Notes: generated by a model from the sequence alone, not told the origin. A DNA stretch of 64,000 bases from Schizochytrium sp. TIO01 (GCA_004764695.1 SMSO01000037.1:100747-164746); one strand, 5' to 3'. Shown: positions 1 to 11,077, counted from the stretch's first letter. Numbers and translations are program-made.

Positions 1-1
1 T

Positions 2-823
2 GTCGCGGGAACCCATTACGATGTCTTTCACAATCTTTTTGCACAAATCACAGGGCGGAAAAGATTTCTCATTATGAATATTACTGATGCAGAGAGGATT
101 TTTCTTTTCCCTTACTTGCATCCACACTCTCGCCATTCCATGCTTGAGCTGGACAGCCTAGATATTGATTGGAAGAAATCAGACTTACCCGTTGAGATGC
201 ATGTGATTGATCTTGAACCTGGGGATATTCTTTACATTCCGCCTCACTGGCTGCATCGGGTATTACCTCTCCCAAGCGATGACGACTTGTCGATAAGTGT
301 GAACGGCTGGACGGCCAGCACCGAAGCCGTGTTTGCTGACTTTTTACGAAAGCTCCCTCTCCCGCCCTGGCTTCACCTTCAAGACACGGCGGTCCCGCAA
401 AGGCTTGCAACGCTTTACCATTTGTGTGTATCCACCTTATTGGACACCTTGGTACCTGCAATATCTGATAGGAAGAAGTTCCTAGAGCAACTTCTTAAAC
501 AAAGATACAACGGGAAGATTGCATCAATGCTCTCGTGCTCATCTTGCCCTTCAGGCCTTGCCACAGAATCATCCCAATCTGTTGAGGGTATTGGTACTAA
601 CGATCAAGTCCTGCGTTCAAAGAAAGCTCTAGCTTTTGCCATGGAGAAGGCCTCTACAGTATCTCAAATTAAAAGTGAAGCACTTCGCATCCTAGCTGCA
701 GATTATGTCGAAGTACTGATGCACCATGCATTTGGCTACCCGCAAGCATGTACGTATTTGCACTGTCTGATAGAAATGGCTAGCGAGCTCTCCGAAGATA
801 CTGAGTGCTTGAACCTTGTGTAA
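2..823 (+). CDS. JmjC/cupin-like Fe(II)/2-oxoglutarate dioxygenase (FIH/JMJD5/HSPBAP1-like), 5' end outside the window
   Basis: The frame is open from position 2 (VAGTHYDVFHNLFAQITGRKRFLIM...). It has the HxD metal motif (HYD), 'AQITGRKRF', 'LEPGDILYIPPHWLHRV' (distal His) and 'SISVNGW', all typical of cupin_8 JmjC proteins. Confidence 0.9.
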   Translation, partial: VAGTHYDVFHNLFAQITGRKRFLIMNITDAERIFLFPYLHPHSRHSMLELDSLDIDWKKSDLPVEMHVIDLEPGDILYIPPHWLHRVLPLPSDDDLSISVNGWTASTEAVFADFLRKLPLPPWLHLQDTAVPQRLATLYHLCVSTLLDTLVPAISDRKKFLEQLLKQRYNGKIASMLSCSSCPSGLATESSQSVEGIGTNDQVLRSKKALAFAMEKASTVSQIKSEALRILAADYVEVLMHHAFGYPQACTYLHCLIEMASELSEDTECLNLV

Positions 824-1320
824 GTCTCAGACTTAACATTTCCTAGCTTCATGTGAAAGTTAAACTTTCCATCCTTTGGAATCAGAGGCATGCATGACCA
901 TGCAAAAGGATGTGATGCCTCGATCTTGTATCAATTTGTTTGACAGTGCACCAAGGGTTTATGTATCAAAGACTAATACACGCACTCGCGACTAATGTTC
1001 GATGGCTTTTGTACGTAATATAGATCAGCCAGAGCTACTGTTGAACGTGCATTAGACGTGGTATAACAGAAGTTCCTAACAAATTAAACTGTACTATAGA
1101 GGGAATGCGCAAGCGTTCTTCTTGATTGCATAATAATGGTCAGAGCAGACGTTTGGTATCAGTGCATGTACCCTCGATACTTTACAGCGAGGAGAAATAC
1201 AAGCCGATGGTTGAGAATCAGCATGACAATCTAATCTTGTAAATATTTATTCCCTTTAAAAATTTAATGCGGAGAGCCATGATCCTAATCACATCTGAGA
1301 GATGATATTCACTGTCGATA

Positions 1321-1805
1321 GGGTGTTGCTGAAAAATAACTCTAGTTAGCTTGAGGTTCACTGTAAAGATGTAGGCAAGGGACTTATTCAAGAGTTAGCG
1401 AACTGCTGTCCTGGAGAATAAATTCCAGGACAGATGGATTCATGTAGTATTTAAGGAGATTAAGACATTCTTGAAAGGTGTTAGAGATAATCAATGGGTT
1501 TAGGTTCATTCGACCTCTACAACCATCGATTCAAGTTACACCATGCTTGGATGTAGGTAATGTGTATTCCCACTTCTAGTTCTTGACTCTGGCAGTCACA
1601 TGAATCTGGCTGCCTATTCTTGCTCTATTGTAAACCCTATGTCTACTGGGGTTTCATAAAAGGACGCCAAGAACTCTAGAAATGTCTTGTCCACTAGTTC
1701 CTTCGATTGGAGATCTCAGCAGGTGTCAAACTGTAAAACTTGAGAAATGCCACTTGTACTCGACATTACTGACCTGATCTTGACTAATTAATACCTTGTT
1801 TTGGA
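1321..1805 (+). repeat. Diverged dispersed repeat, copy A (inverted relative to copy B at ~35490-35975)
   Basis: 1681-1722 is the exact reverse complement of 35551-35592. Similarity with substitutions and indels continues over ~480 bp. Boundaries are approximate. Confidence 0.85.
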
Positions 1806-2296
1806 AAAGTCGTAATGTCTAGAAGAAAGTATACTGGCTTAGAAATGAAGTCACAGCATGAAAGACATCCATACTCTGGCACCAGAACAAATCACAATAC
1901 GACACAGATTACAAAATACTGCTATGCTAATTCAAAAAGCAGTTTCCTTGGACTGTAACATACCTTGCTATAGTTATTCATATATTCTAGGATGTACTTT
2001 TTAAACTTCGCATGAAGTTAACCAAAACTTTATAATATCTCGAGTGCTCAACATGTAAGCGTGTTCAGGTGTTGACCTTTATGTTGGTAGTTATTTATTA
2101 CTTGGTAATTCAGAGAAAAGCATAGGCATTGGCAAGGTGAATAGAAATAACTACACCCTACTTTTCTTTCAACAATTAAATTCAAAAATAGTACCAGTAC
2201 CTACATACACTATCTACTTCATGCTAATGTATTTTGAAAAGAAACAGAACGGAAGATGTAAATGGTGATTAAGCAAATTAATTTTTGAGATACTAA

Positions 2297-3559
2297 CTAA
2301 AACAGGCCATGCTCTTTCTTCAGCTTATCACGCCTCCAGTCAGGCAAATCCGCAAATTCATCCTTACTCATGTCAAAAGTCTCATAGAATTCTTGGTCAT
2401 CCAAGTACATTTCACGGCTTGCCGGGTCGACACCATCAGGCGCTGGGTGAGCTTGAAGCTCTTGCTTGGTGTAGAACTTTCTACGGCTGCGGCGCCTTGC
2501 ACTGGAGGAGCTGCGGGACTGGGACCCACGAGACTGAGATCGAACCCGAGAATGTGACGAGGATCGCGAACCATTTGCAGAACCTTTAAGAAGCTCGAAT
2601 GCCACTCGTGCATCTTCGTTACTAGGGTCTAATTTGCGAAGAACCTTAAAGGCGCGCAAGGCATCATCACGTTTTCCAACTTTCATGTAAATAATGCCCA
2701 AGTTGTAAAGGTTGTCTGTGTTTGTAGGATCGACATCATAGGCCTTACGGAGAAACGGGAGGGCTTGATCGTAGCTTGCATCTCGTGCATGAAGAACACC
2801 AAGGGCTGCACTAGCTTCGAAAAAGTCGGGATCACGCTTTAAAGCTTTGCTAAAGCACGAACGAGCCTTTGAGGCATGCTTCAGTTTCATGTACAGCACG
2901 CCCAAGTTATGCAGCGCAAGTGGTGTTTCGTTCTTTTCCAGGGCCCGTTCGTAAAGCTCTAGAGCGCGCTTGGGATCATTTTTCTTCTGACAACTCAATG
3001 CATACTCTGATAGTGCAAGGGCATACAACCGGGATGTCTCTGGGGAACGGTCTTTAAGCTTAATTGCTTGCTCGTACGCCTTGACTGAGGATTCAAATCG
3101 TTTCATCTTCAGATATGCGAATCCAAGATCTGCGTACGCAATAGGTTCCTCACGGTTCTCCCGGATTCCATCTTTCGCAGCAGCGGCTGCTTCTTCGAAG
3201 CGGTTCAGGCTTGCCAATGCCTCAGATTTTCCACAATATGATGCGTAAAAGTCAGGCGCGCGCTCAATCGTTTTATCGAAGCACTCGAGTGCTTTGCTGT
3301 ATTGCTGTGAGGCTGCGAAGGCAACGCCAAGGTTGTGCATACTTTCATAATGTTCATCGTTAAGTTCGAGTGCGCGTCGAAAACACTTAATGGCTTCCTT
3401 GGTGCGGCCCGTGTTCATCAGTGCGGCGCCCTTGTTAGAGTATGCTACAAAAAGCTGGTCATCAGGTAAGTCCTTGAGCGCACGATCATAGTTGGCGATC
3501 GCTCCCTTAAAGTCGCGGTGAATAAATGCCTGTTTGGCGAGCTCAATGCTATCAGCCAT
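2297..3559 (-). CDS. TPR-repeat protein with a C-terminal villin headpiece (F-actin-binding) domain
   Basis: First ATG is at 3559 (the ORF track starts at a TTG). About 9 TPR motifs (e.g. AYSNKGAALMNTGRTKEAIKCFRRALEL), a Ser/Arg linker, then the villin headpiece consensus 'GVDPASREMYLDDQEFYETFDMSKDEFADLPDWRRDKLKKEHGLF*'. Confidence 0.92.
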   Translation of the reverse strand: MADSIELAKQAFIHRDFKGAIANYDRALKDLPDDQLFVAYSNKGAALMNTGRTKEAIKCFRRALELNDEHYESMHNLGVAFAASQQYSKALECFDKTIERAPDFYASYCGKSEALASLNRFEEAAAAAKDGIRENREEPIAYADLGFAYLKMKRFESSVKAYEQAIKLKDRSPETSRLYALALSEYALSCQKKNDPKRALELYERALEKNETPLALHNLGVLYMKLKHASKARSCFSKALKRDPDFFEASAALGVLHARDASYDQALPFLRKAYDVDPTNTDNLYNLGIIYMKVGKRDDALRAFKVLRKLDPSNEDARVAFELLKGSANGSRSSSHSRVRSQSRGSQSRSSSSARRRSRRKFYTKQELQAHPAPDGVDPASREMYLDDQEFYETFDMSKDEFADLPDWRRDKLKKEHGLF

Positions 3560-5214
3560 GGCGCGTTTAGATGTTTTACACAACCCTCACTGCCTAGTTC
3601 CTTAAGTGTCAGTCTGCACAGAGTTATTGATTAACTCCCTCCGTTTGATATGCTGCGGCCTTGGCTATACCTACGCGTCTCGCGATTGAACAAGCTCAAA
3701 GAATCTTCAAAAGCCTGAAATAAACTTGCTGCACGTGCTCGTAATTTGTTTCTCGCAGGTGCACTTGAGAGTAATGATGAAAAGCTTCGCCCTTTAATCT
3801 GGTTTTTTGGTATTATACTGTGCACCACTGCTCTGATTATTAAAAGCTTGTAATACAAAGACAAGCAGGCCAAGACTAGGTTTATCAAACAAGCCCTCTC
3901 GTGTAAACCTTCTCGAGGTTGCTCCAAATTGAAGAATCTAAAGCTGGAGTGCTTGGTTAAACAATCGTTGTTTTGAGTTTTGAGTTAATGGATGAAGGAA
4001 GTCCAGGCCGAGCACAATCGCACGCGCCCGCTCCACAGACCACTCCGCGGTCCAGCAGATTCAGAGCGCCAGAGGCCTAGCCAATGAGACCAACCTCGTA
4101 CAGGTACGGTCGGCGAGGTGAGCCCGAAGACACCTCTCCGCAGCAGACTTTGCGCTTTGCAGGCGGATGCGCAAGAGCACTCTAGCTAGTAAAACTTAGT
4201 TTTCACTCCCTCATTTATTTATTCTCTCACCCTCTTCCTTTCCATATTGCCATCATAGCACATGTCATAGAGGTTTTGACTATCTGTAGTGTGTGTTATT
4301 ACACCTATTCGATCCATGTGCACGCTAACTTAGTACTTATCCTACCACTAGTAGCACTACCATGAGCAATTGGGAGAACCCATTTTATAAATTGCGTTGT
4401 TCAAGTACCTCAACACTATGGCCAGACCTTAGGAAGCCATAGTACTATTCGAAAACAGGACTACCATGCCTCTCTATGCAACACATTAGCTAGAGTCTCA
4501 GTGAGCAAGAACGCCACGTAACGGAACAGGACAAATAGTTACGTAACTCTCTTAAAGCGGTTATATAAGTTACAGTTGCAACTACAAAAAATTCCAGCAC
4601 GTTCCAGGAACAGCGGAACTCAGAGCCGGTCCTCGCAGAGCTGGGACAGAGCAATTAATTTAAGGTGGTCTTCCGTTGAAGCGACGGTGTTCCTCCCGAG
4701 TTCTTCGCAGCACTTTTGGCTACCCTAGCCCCTCTTGGAAGTTCGTAGACTTGTAGATAGTATGGAAGGGAGAGAGAGAGAGTGGTGTAGGCGAGGAGAG
4801 TGCGGTAAGGAAGAATGGTTTTGTCGCTGGAGACGTGCAAGAGAGGACAGAGCAAGGGTGGAAATCGATGTCTTTCTTTTTGTGTCTTTGTTTTGGATCG
4901 CTTCTAACTTCCCATACATACATAACACATAAAAATACATAGAGAGAGATCCATGATAAGGTTATCGCAGATCACGCCGTGGGCTTCAAGTTGAAAGCTC
5001 AAGGTCATCACGGCTTTGCGATAGCTCAAGCTGAGAAGGAGCTCAACGGAGGCCCCAATAGGCAGCCGAACCCACGTTAAACTTGGCCAGTTCGAAGTGG
5101 ACTCGCTAGATCAGGCAGGCGCACAGGCTCTTGGAACCACTGCACTGCCTGCTCAGGTCACCTTGGGAAAACGATTTCGCGCCGCTGCCTCGTAAGAATA
5201 TCGACGCGAACCTG

Positions 5215-5261
5215 AGCCCGCAATTGCAATAGCCCGCAATTGCAATCGCGATTGCAATTGC
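5215..5261. repeat. 16-bp tandem duplication overlapping a perfect 26-bp palindrome
   Basis: AGCCCGCAATTGCAAT occurs at 5215-5230 and 5231-5246. GCAATTGCAATCGCGATTGCAATTGC (5236-5261) is its own reverse complement. Confidence 0.95.
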
Positions 5262-5841
5262 TGGCACCATCACAATACACCGCACGAGTTCTTTGCAGCC
5301 GGAGTTATGCACGCCAGCATGCCAGCCCTCACCTTGAAGATCTCCGCGGTTCTACAGTTCTGTGCGGCGATTGGCTTCCGGCGTCTTTCTCTGGCTGATG
5401 CCGATGGCTGAGTGAGCGTCGATCTCTCACAGGAACTAAGACACTGCGCTCGCCTCGTCTTGGCTGACTCTGTCTTGAGTCTTCAGTGTCTTCAGCAACA
5501 TCTTTCCAGCCGCTCTCCAGGAGATACACGCATGTATTCGCTGCTGCGCGTGGTGTGCCTCGCCCTGCCAGAAGACCCTCGTCTTTGAATTTCAGGTGCG
5601 TTGTATCGTCTTCGAGCTCTCTCGTCTTGCTGCAGGTACCTGCCTGCCTGTCCACTAATCTCCGTGCGCTTTTGTCGCCGTTCAAGCAGTTCTTCAAGTT
5701 CACAATCGTCATTCTAAGCCATTTCCTCCTGCGCGTTTGTCCCCTAAATAGCTAGCCTTCGCGCTCTTATATTGCACTACCTGTAAGCCAGCCTGAACGA
5801 ACGAAGCCTCTTCTGCAGCTTGTTTGATCTTGCGCTGGGAA

Positions 5842-5867
5842 CTCGCTCGCTCGCTCGCTTGCTCGCT
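5842..5867. repeat. (CTCG)n microsatellite
   Basis: ctcgctcgctcgctcgcttgctcgct; the same unit occurs on the opposite strand at 38818-38840. Confidence 0.85.
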
Positions 5868-7221
5868 GGCCTGGCGGACTCCGGAGCAAGAGGTTCTCGA
5901 CAACCCTGTGCGCTGCGCTGCCAGCCCCGGCTCCCGGCCCCCTCCCTCGGCGCCGTCCCTCTGGCAGCCTCCAGGTCCTCTGCAGCCTCATCTTCGAAGA
6001 GGTCGTCATCGCGAGCAATCACCTCATCTTCTCCGTCTCTCTGACTCCTCACACATACCCTCTCAGATACCCACAGCCGTGTAAGCACGTTCTGTCTAGC
6101 AGCTGAAGACACAAATGATAGGCACGATAGACACTCTCTCTCTCTCTCTCTGTGGGCACAATAACGCATCGGTAGAATGGACATTCATTCGAGGTAGATT
6201 GATACTCTTTGGATATGCCTGCCCGTGCTTTTATTTGTTAATTTGTTTCTATGTTTCTTTATTTGTGAATGATTGAATGAATGAATGGAATTGATTTTTG
6301 TTCCTTGGCAGGAAGGCATTTAATTAAGTTAATCAATCGATCAATCAAGCCTTCGATTTGTAATTGATTCGATGGTTCAAGCAATCAATTTTTGTGTTTA
6401 ACGCCTCGCAACTTGGTTCTCGCGAAGACCGCCAGGTTGAGGAGTCTGCCCACGAATCGATCACTTCGCGTGCTTCGATTGTTGGAGCTGCTCTGACTGA
6501 GATCAAATACCAAAAGAGAGAAGGAGACTCAGACTCAGACTCGGTAGGACTATAGCTCTCATCATGATCGCCAACTGATAGCGGGTGGTAGGAACCCCTA
6601 GGGGCCAGCTACCGGCTGGAAGAACTGGTAGAAGTTCAAAGCTTTCATCATATTTTTTTAACATCACAAAATCAAACTTGAACTGATCCAGAATCAAGTA
6701 CTAACAAATCCACTACCAGGCCACCTAGCGACACTGCTAGTGTTAACAATAGAGGGGGACAATAGCCCCTTCGGCGCACCTGGAGCCGAGGTGGAGCAGA
6801 AGCAAACCTCCAACCCGGACTCCAGCTCCAGAAAGTCAAAACTCCATAGGTCCACTACTCCGGCCAGGCTCATTAGAGTGGCAGGGAGGATTGTACAAGG
6901 ATCACGTAGTTTGCACTGGCACGTCTTAGTGTGCTGCCTGCGTGTTTGTCGTTGTCGACCTAGACGTCGCTGCGATCGTAAGTCGAGTAGACCTGCCAAA
7001 TTGGTCTGGTCTATCTATCAAAAGCTTGCGAGTACTCCCTTGCTGGCTTTTGCGTAAAACGCGTAAATTTATTTCTGTCAGTAAGTGTTCGCTACAGTTC
7101 AACGTTTCCGATTTAGCGTGAAACAGGACAGCAGAACCTTATCGTGGCTGTCAATTGACTGTTTGGTTGATTGATTACATTGTAGTAGTAATAGTAGAAG
7201 CAAACAGCCAAAGTTAGTAAA

Positions 7222-8226
7222 ATGTCGTTCGCAACTGGCTTGCAAATGCTCAAGAGACCGAGACACCTTGCTATGGCAGGCCGTGGCCTCGCCACGTCAG
7301 CAGGCTTCCCGCAACATGTGCGAATTGTAGAGGTAGGCCCACGAGATGGCCTACAAAATGAGAAAACCATCATCCCTACGGATGTCAAGGTGGATTTCAT
7401 TGACCGCCTCACCAACACTGGTCTGCAGACCGTAGAGGCAACGAGTTTTGTGTCACCTGACTACGTCCCTCAAATGGGTGACCATCGCCAGGTTATGGAA
7501 CGCATCTCCCGTAAACCTGGCGTCAGCTACCCTGTGCTCACACCCAACATGAAGGGCTTCATGGGCGCTCTTGAGGCCAAGGCTGAGGAAGTCGCAGTAT
7601 TCGCAGCTGCTTCAGAAGCCTTTTCAAAGAAGAACCTTAACTGTGATATCGCCAAGAGCCTTGAGCGCTTCAAGCCAGTTTGTGAAGAGGCCCAGAAACA
7701 TGGCATCCGTGTCAGAGGCTACGTCTCCTGTGTCCTGGGCTGCCCCTACGAGGGGTACATTTCTCCGGAAAAGGTACTCGAGGTTAGCCAGCGGCTTCTT
7801 GATATGGGCTGCTATGAAGTCAGCCTCGGTGATACCATCGGCATTGGTACAGCGGGATCTACCCATGTACTCCTTGACCACATTACGAAGCACATTCCCA
7901 AGGAACAAGTTGCTGTTCATTTTCATGATACATACGGGCAGGCCTTGACCAATATCTTCGTGGCCCTCCAGCACGGCATTAGCGTCGTAGATAGTTCTGT
8001 TGGTGGGCTTGGTGGCTGCCCTTTTGCCAAGGGTGCTACCGGAAACGTAGCCACCGAGGACGTTGTATACATGCTCCACGGGCTCGGTATTAGCACCGGC
8101 ATCGATCTTGAGCAGCTCTGCCAGGTTGGAGAGTTCATGTCCCAATATCTTGGCCGCCTCAACCATGCACGGGCTGGTCGTGCAATGCTCACTAAGGGGC
8201 AATTCGTGCCTGTCACTCCTCCTTAA
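7222..8226 (+). CDS. HMGCL: Hydroxymethylglutaryl-CoA lyase, mitochondrial precursor
   Basis: 'VRIVEVGPRDGLQNE', 'HFHDTYGQAL' and 'GLGGCPFAKGATGNVATED' motifs; basic, acid-free N-terminal presequence. Confidence 0.97.
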   Translation: MSFATGLQMLKRPRHLAMAGRGLATSAGFPQHVRIVEVGPRDGLQNEKTIIPTDVKVDFIDRLTNTGLQTVEATSFVSPDYVPQMGDHRQVMERISRKPGVSYPVLTPNMKGFMGALEAKAEEVAVFAAASEAFSKKNLNCDIAKSLERFKPVCEEAQKHGIRVRGYVSCVLGCPYEGYISPEKVLEVSQRLLDMGCYEVSLGDTIGIGTAGSTHVLLDHITKHIPKEQVAVHFHDTYGQALTNIFVALQHGISVVDSSVGGLGGCPFAKGATGNVATEDVVYMLHGLGISTGIDLEQLCQVGEFMSQYLGRLNHARAGRAMLTKGQFVPVTPP

Positions 8227-8983
8227 ATTTAACAAGTGCTCATTAAAAAAGACAAGTGGTATCCCGCGCAAACGAAGCGCACTGTACAGCAACACCCTCA
8301 CGATGCCACATTGTTATAACCTTTTATCCCTCCTCTAACGTGTAGCTTTATTCGAACCTTTTCACGCACGTTTTGGTGCTCTCAATTGCTTGAGATAAGC
8401 CTCCCAGGACGCGCTCCGCCATTCTCCTTCAAACTTTCTCTTCTTTCTTTACTTATCAACTTATCTATTTGCAAAACTTTTTATTATGTTGAATTTTCTA
8501 TGACAATACCCTGTTTCTATTTACGGAGTGTATTATATCCCACAGCTCTGAGAACTTTATTTGTAAACACAATTCCCTTCTCAACTTTTCTTATGGTGAA
8601 AGCATTTACCTTTCTGAAAGGCGGTAAGAACCTAGTGGGGAAATGCCCTCACTACATGCACAGATATATTCTTTTAAAGAAAATCCTTCCTCTGTGTTCT
8701 ACGGTAGTAGATCTAGATTATCAAAAGTAGGACCAGCCAGAACTGAGGGGATACTAATGAGAATTTTCAAATTAGGAATTATAGCATTTAGACATGCAGT
8801 GAGCCCACTAGGATCTCTAAAACAGTGAGACCTGCATACCTGATTGGAATGACTAAACATTCTGGGACATCTGATTTCATACTTCGCAATCTTTCTCTTT
8901 TGAAGAACAATAAAACAGCAATTTAGACAAACAAATAAACGGGGTTTTAAAGCGTCAAGGTAACCGGCAAAACATTAAAATAT

Positions 8984-10207
8984 TCACGCAATTGGGTAAC
9001 CAAAGGATCCGGCAAGTTCACTCATGGCCTCCTTGAGATCCGGAAGATCATCAAAATCAGACCAGGTAAGGTTCAGATAACCCTTATTACCACGATTTAC
9101 GTCACCATGAGACCTGATTTTAGCTGGCTTTGCATGCTGTGCAGAGTCGCTATCTGAAATGAGCTCAACTTTACCTGTACAAGCTTTCCGTGCATTATCT
9201 CGGGTTGGTCCGTACGTGAGATCATTCCCTCCAGGAATCGGAGACAGAAATCCTGCAAGTTTTGCTACCTCACATGCGCTCGTGTCCTCAACACGGAACC
9301 ATGTAAATGAAGGGGAGACTTCATTGTTGAAGGCTGCAAGGACACGCCGGTTGTACTCAACCCAGTACCAACCAAAAACCTCTTTGCAACCACCTCGCAT
9401 GTCCTGCCAGTTCATATCAGCCATAATACCATCAAGAGTAGCCATTTTTAATGGATGAGGGAGTGTACCGGGTTTAGCGTCGGTGCAGTACTTCACGACA
9501 AGTGAGGCGACCGTATTGATAGGGTGACGTACTTGCAACATGACACGTCCGAACCCAGGCGGATGAGTACAGTGTGGGTAACATCCAAAGTGCCGAGTGA
9601 AGACGTCTTCACACTCAGTTTTCCAGCACTGATCCCATTGTACGCGGTACGAGCACTCAGAGGAGGGTTCGAATTGCGTTGAGTGCATGATGCGCAAGAG
9701 AGGCTTTGTACATAGTGCCGCAATGTTTAATCGACTGTCTCGCTCTGATTTGTTGCTCAAAAACCAAATTCCTTGCGCCCAGCCAACTGTGCCGTCTCGT
9801 GCAAAGTGATTCTCAGAATCTGCAGTCTCATGAGCTACCTCGATCCCCAGATCGTTTAGAGATTCTGCTGTGTGCATAGTTCCTGAGCTCTGAGTTCCTA
9901 TGACGAGCATTTGGCGTGGGTCTTCAAGTCGCACCACAGGCCGAACGAGGCCGGATGATAACATAATCCACATGTATGCTGAATAGATCGCATAAGGGCC
10001 AACAACGACCACGCAGATAATCACTGAATTCCTTATGAACCTTGGAAAGTCGTGTGACCATATGCTGTCACTGTTCTTGGTCTCCTCTGCCTTGCCCGTC
10101 GCAGAAGAATTGCCCTTGTTCACACCGCCAACTTTGCTCGCATTCGTTGTCGCTAGCGCATCTTCTTTGGTGCGTTTCACCGCTGTCCTCCGGAACTTGG
10201 GTGCCAT
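8984..10207 (-). CDS. Type II membrane protein with a sulfotransferase-like (P-loop) fold
   Basis: First ATG is at 10207. One TM segment (VIICVVVVGPYAIYSAYMWIML), a 5'-PSB-like motif 'LVIGTQSSGT', a 3'-PB-like motif 'LQVRHPINTVASL' and a C-terminal 'LAGSFGY'. Confidence 0.7.
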   Translation of the reverse strand: MAPKFRRTAVKRTKEDALATTNASKVGGVNKGNSSATGKAEETKNSDSIWSHDFPRFIRNSVIICVVVVGPYAIYSAYMWIMLSSGLVRPVVRLEDPRQMLVIGTQSSGTMHTAESLNDLGIEVAHETADSENHFARDGTVGWAQGIWFLSNKSERDSRLNIAALCTKPLLRIMHSTQFEPSSECSYRVQWDQCWKTECEDVFTRHFGCYPHCTHPPGFGRVMLQVRHPINTVASLVVKYCTDAKPGTLPHPLKMATLDGIMADMNWQDMRGGCKEVFGWYWVEYNRRVLAAFNNEVSPSFTWFRVEDTSACEVAKLAGFLSPIPGGNDLTYGPTRDNARKACTGKVELISDSDSAQHAKPAKIRSHGDVNRGNKGYLNLTWSDFDDLPDLKEAMSELAGSFGYPIA

Positions 10208-11077
10208 CTCGCGAGTAGACTGGGTCTTGCACCTGCGCACTCCAATGCACCCCGGCCAATTTCGAGTTTGATCTGCAGCTTGCTCGTTGTGCACACTGCT
10301 CCCAACAAAAAGATGTAGGTATTCAAGAACTCCTATAGGCCTAGACCCCCATTTATCAATACACTTTTGCTAAAATTTACCATCTAACAATGCAGGGTGG
10401 TGCTAGGTATCATGTATGCTACAATATCTGAAATAAGCCAAAGAAGTTGAAATAGACACCAAAAAGCTTACGATGAATAAAAATCAGTAGAGGTTATTCT
10501 CAATTGTCAGCTGTTGTCTTGGTTCATGATGCTTTTATCTCCACATTACAGCTCTTTGATTTTTTCATTCTTGATTATCATCGCCTTTTATTACTATAAA
10601 CAAATATTAGTATTAACTAGTGCCTTGTAGAGGGAGTAACATTGTACATAGCAGAAGAAAGAAAGGAGGAAGAAGAAGAATGGAAAAGATAAAGTGGTCT
10701 ATGCTGTTAGACCACTATGTATCAGGCGAAGCTTCATTCCTCAGTTGCCGCTCAAGGCGGCATACCTACGGCATTCCTCCTTCTCGCAGGGCGTGGACAG
10801 GGGAGCGAGAGCGCGCAAGATCGTTAAACACCTTTAAGTCTCTAGCGAGGCTCCATTGCGAGGTTCTCCTGGGTCGGAACCCTCATAACAGCCTCGTATC
10901 TTGCAATCCCCGACGAGCAACGGGCTGCTTCATCGTAGCTATCTTTAGAATAGAAAAGGAGGAGCAAAACCTCTTTCCTTTCGTGAACAAAAGCGTCAAA
11001 ATTGATCACGCTTGGTCGCGTCAATCAGGTTGGAACTGGTTTGTTTGGCAAAGCAGTAGCAAAAGTAAATCGTGAAA

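Noticed and set aside
1428-1740. Ty1/copia reverse-transcriptase-like reading of the dispersed repeat (QDRWIHVVFKEIK...LGCR*CVF)
   Set aside because: Only a vague resemblance; the diagnostic KARLVA and YVDD motifs are absent in both copies.
7624-8301. Long antisense ORFs over HMGCL (also 11228-11893, 14191-14826, 19032-19736)
   Set aside because: Shadow frames of well-supported genes on the opposite strand.
10620-11075. 151-aa ORF abutting Rpn8
   Set aside because: GTG start and no motifs; it spans the Rpn8 promoter/5' UTR.
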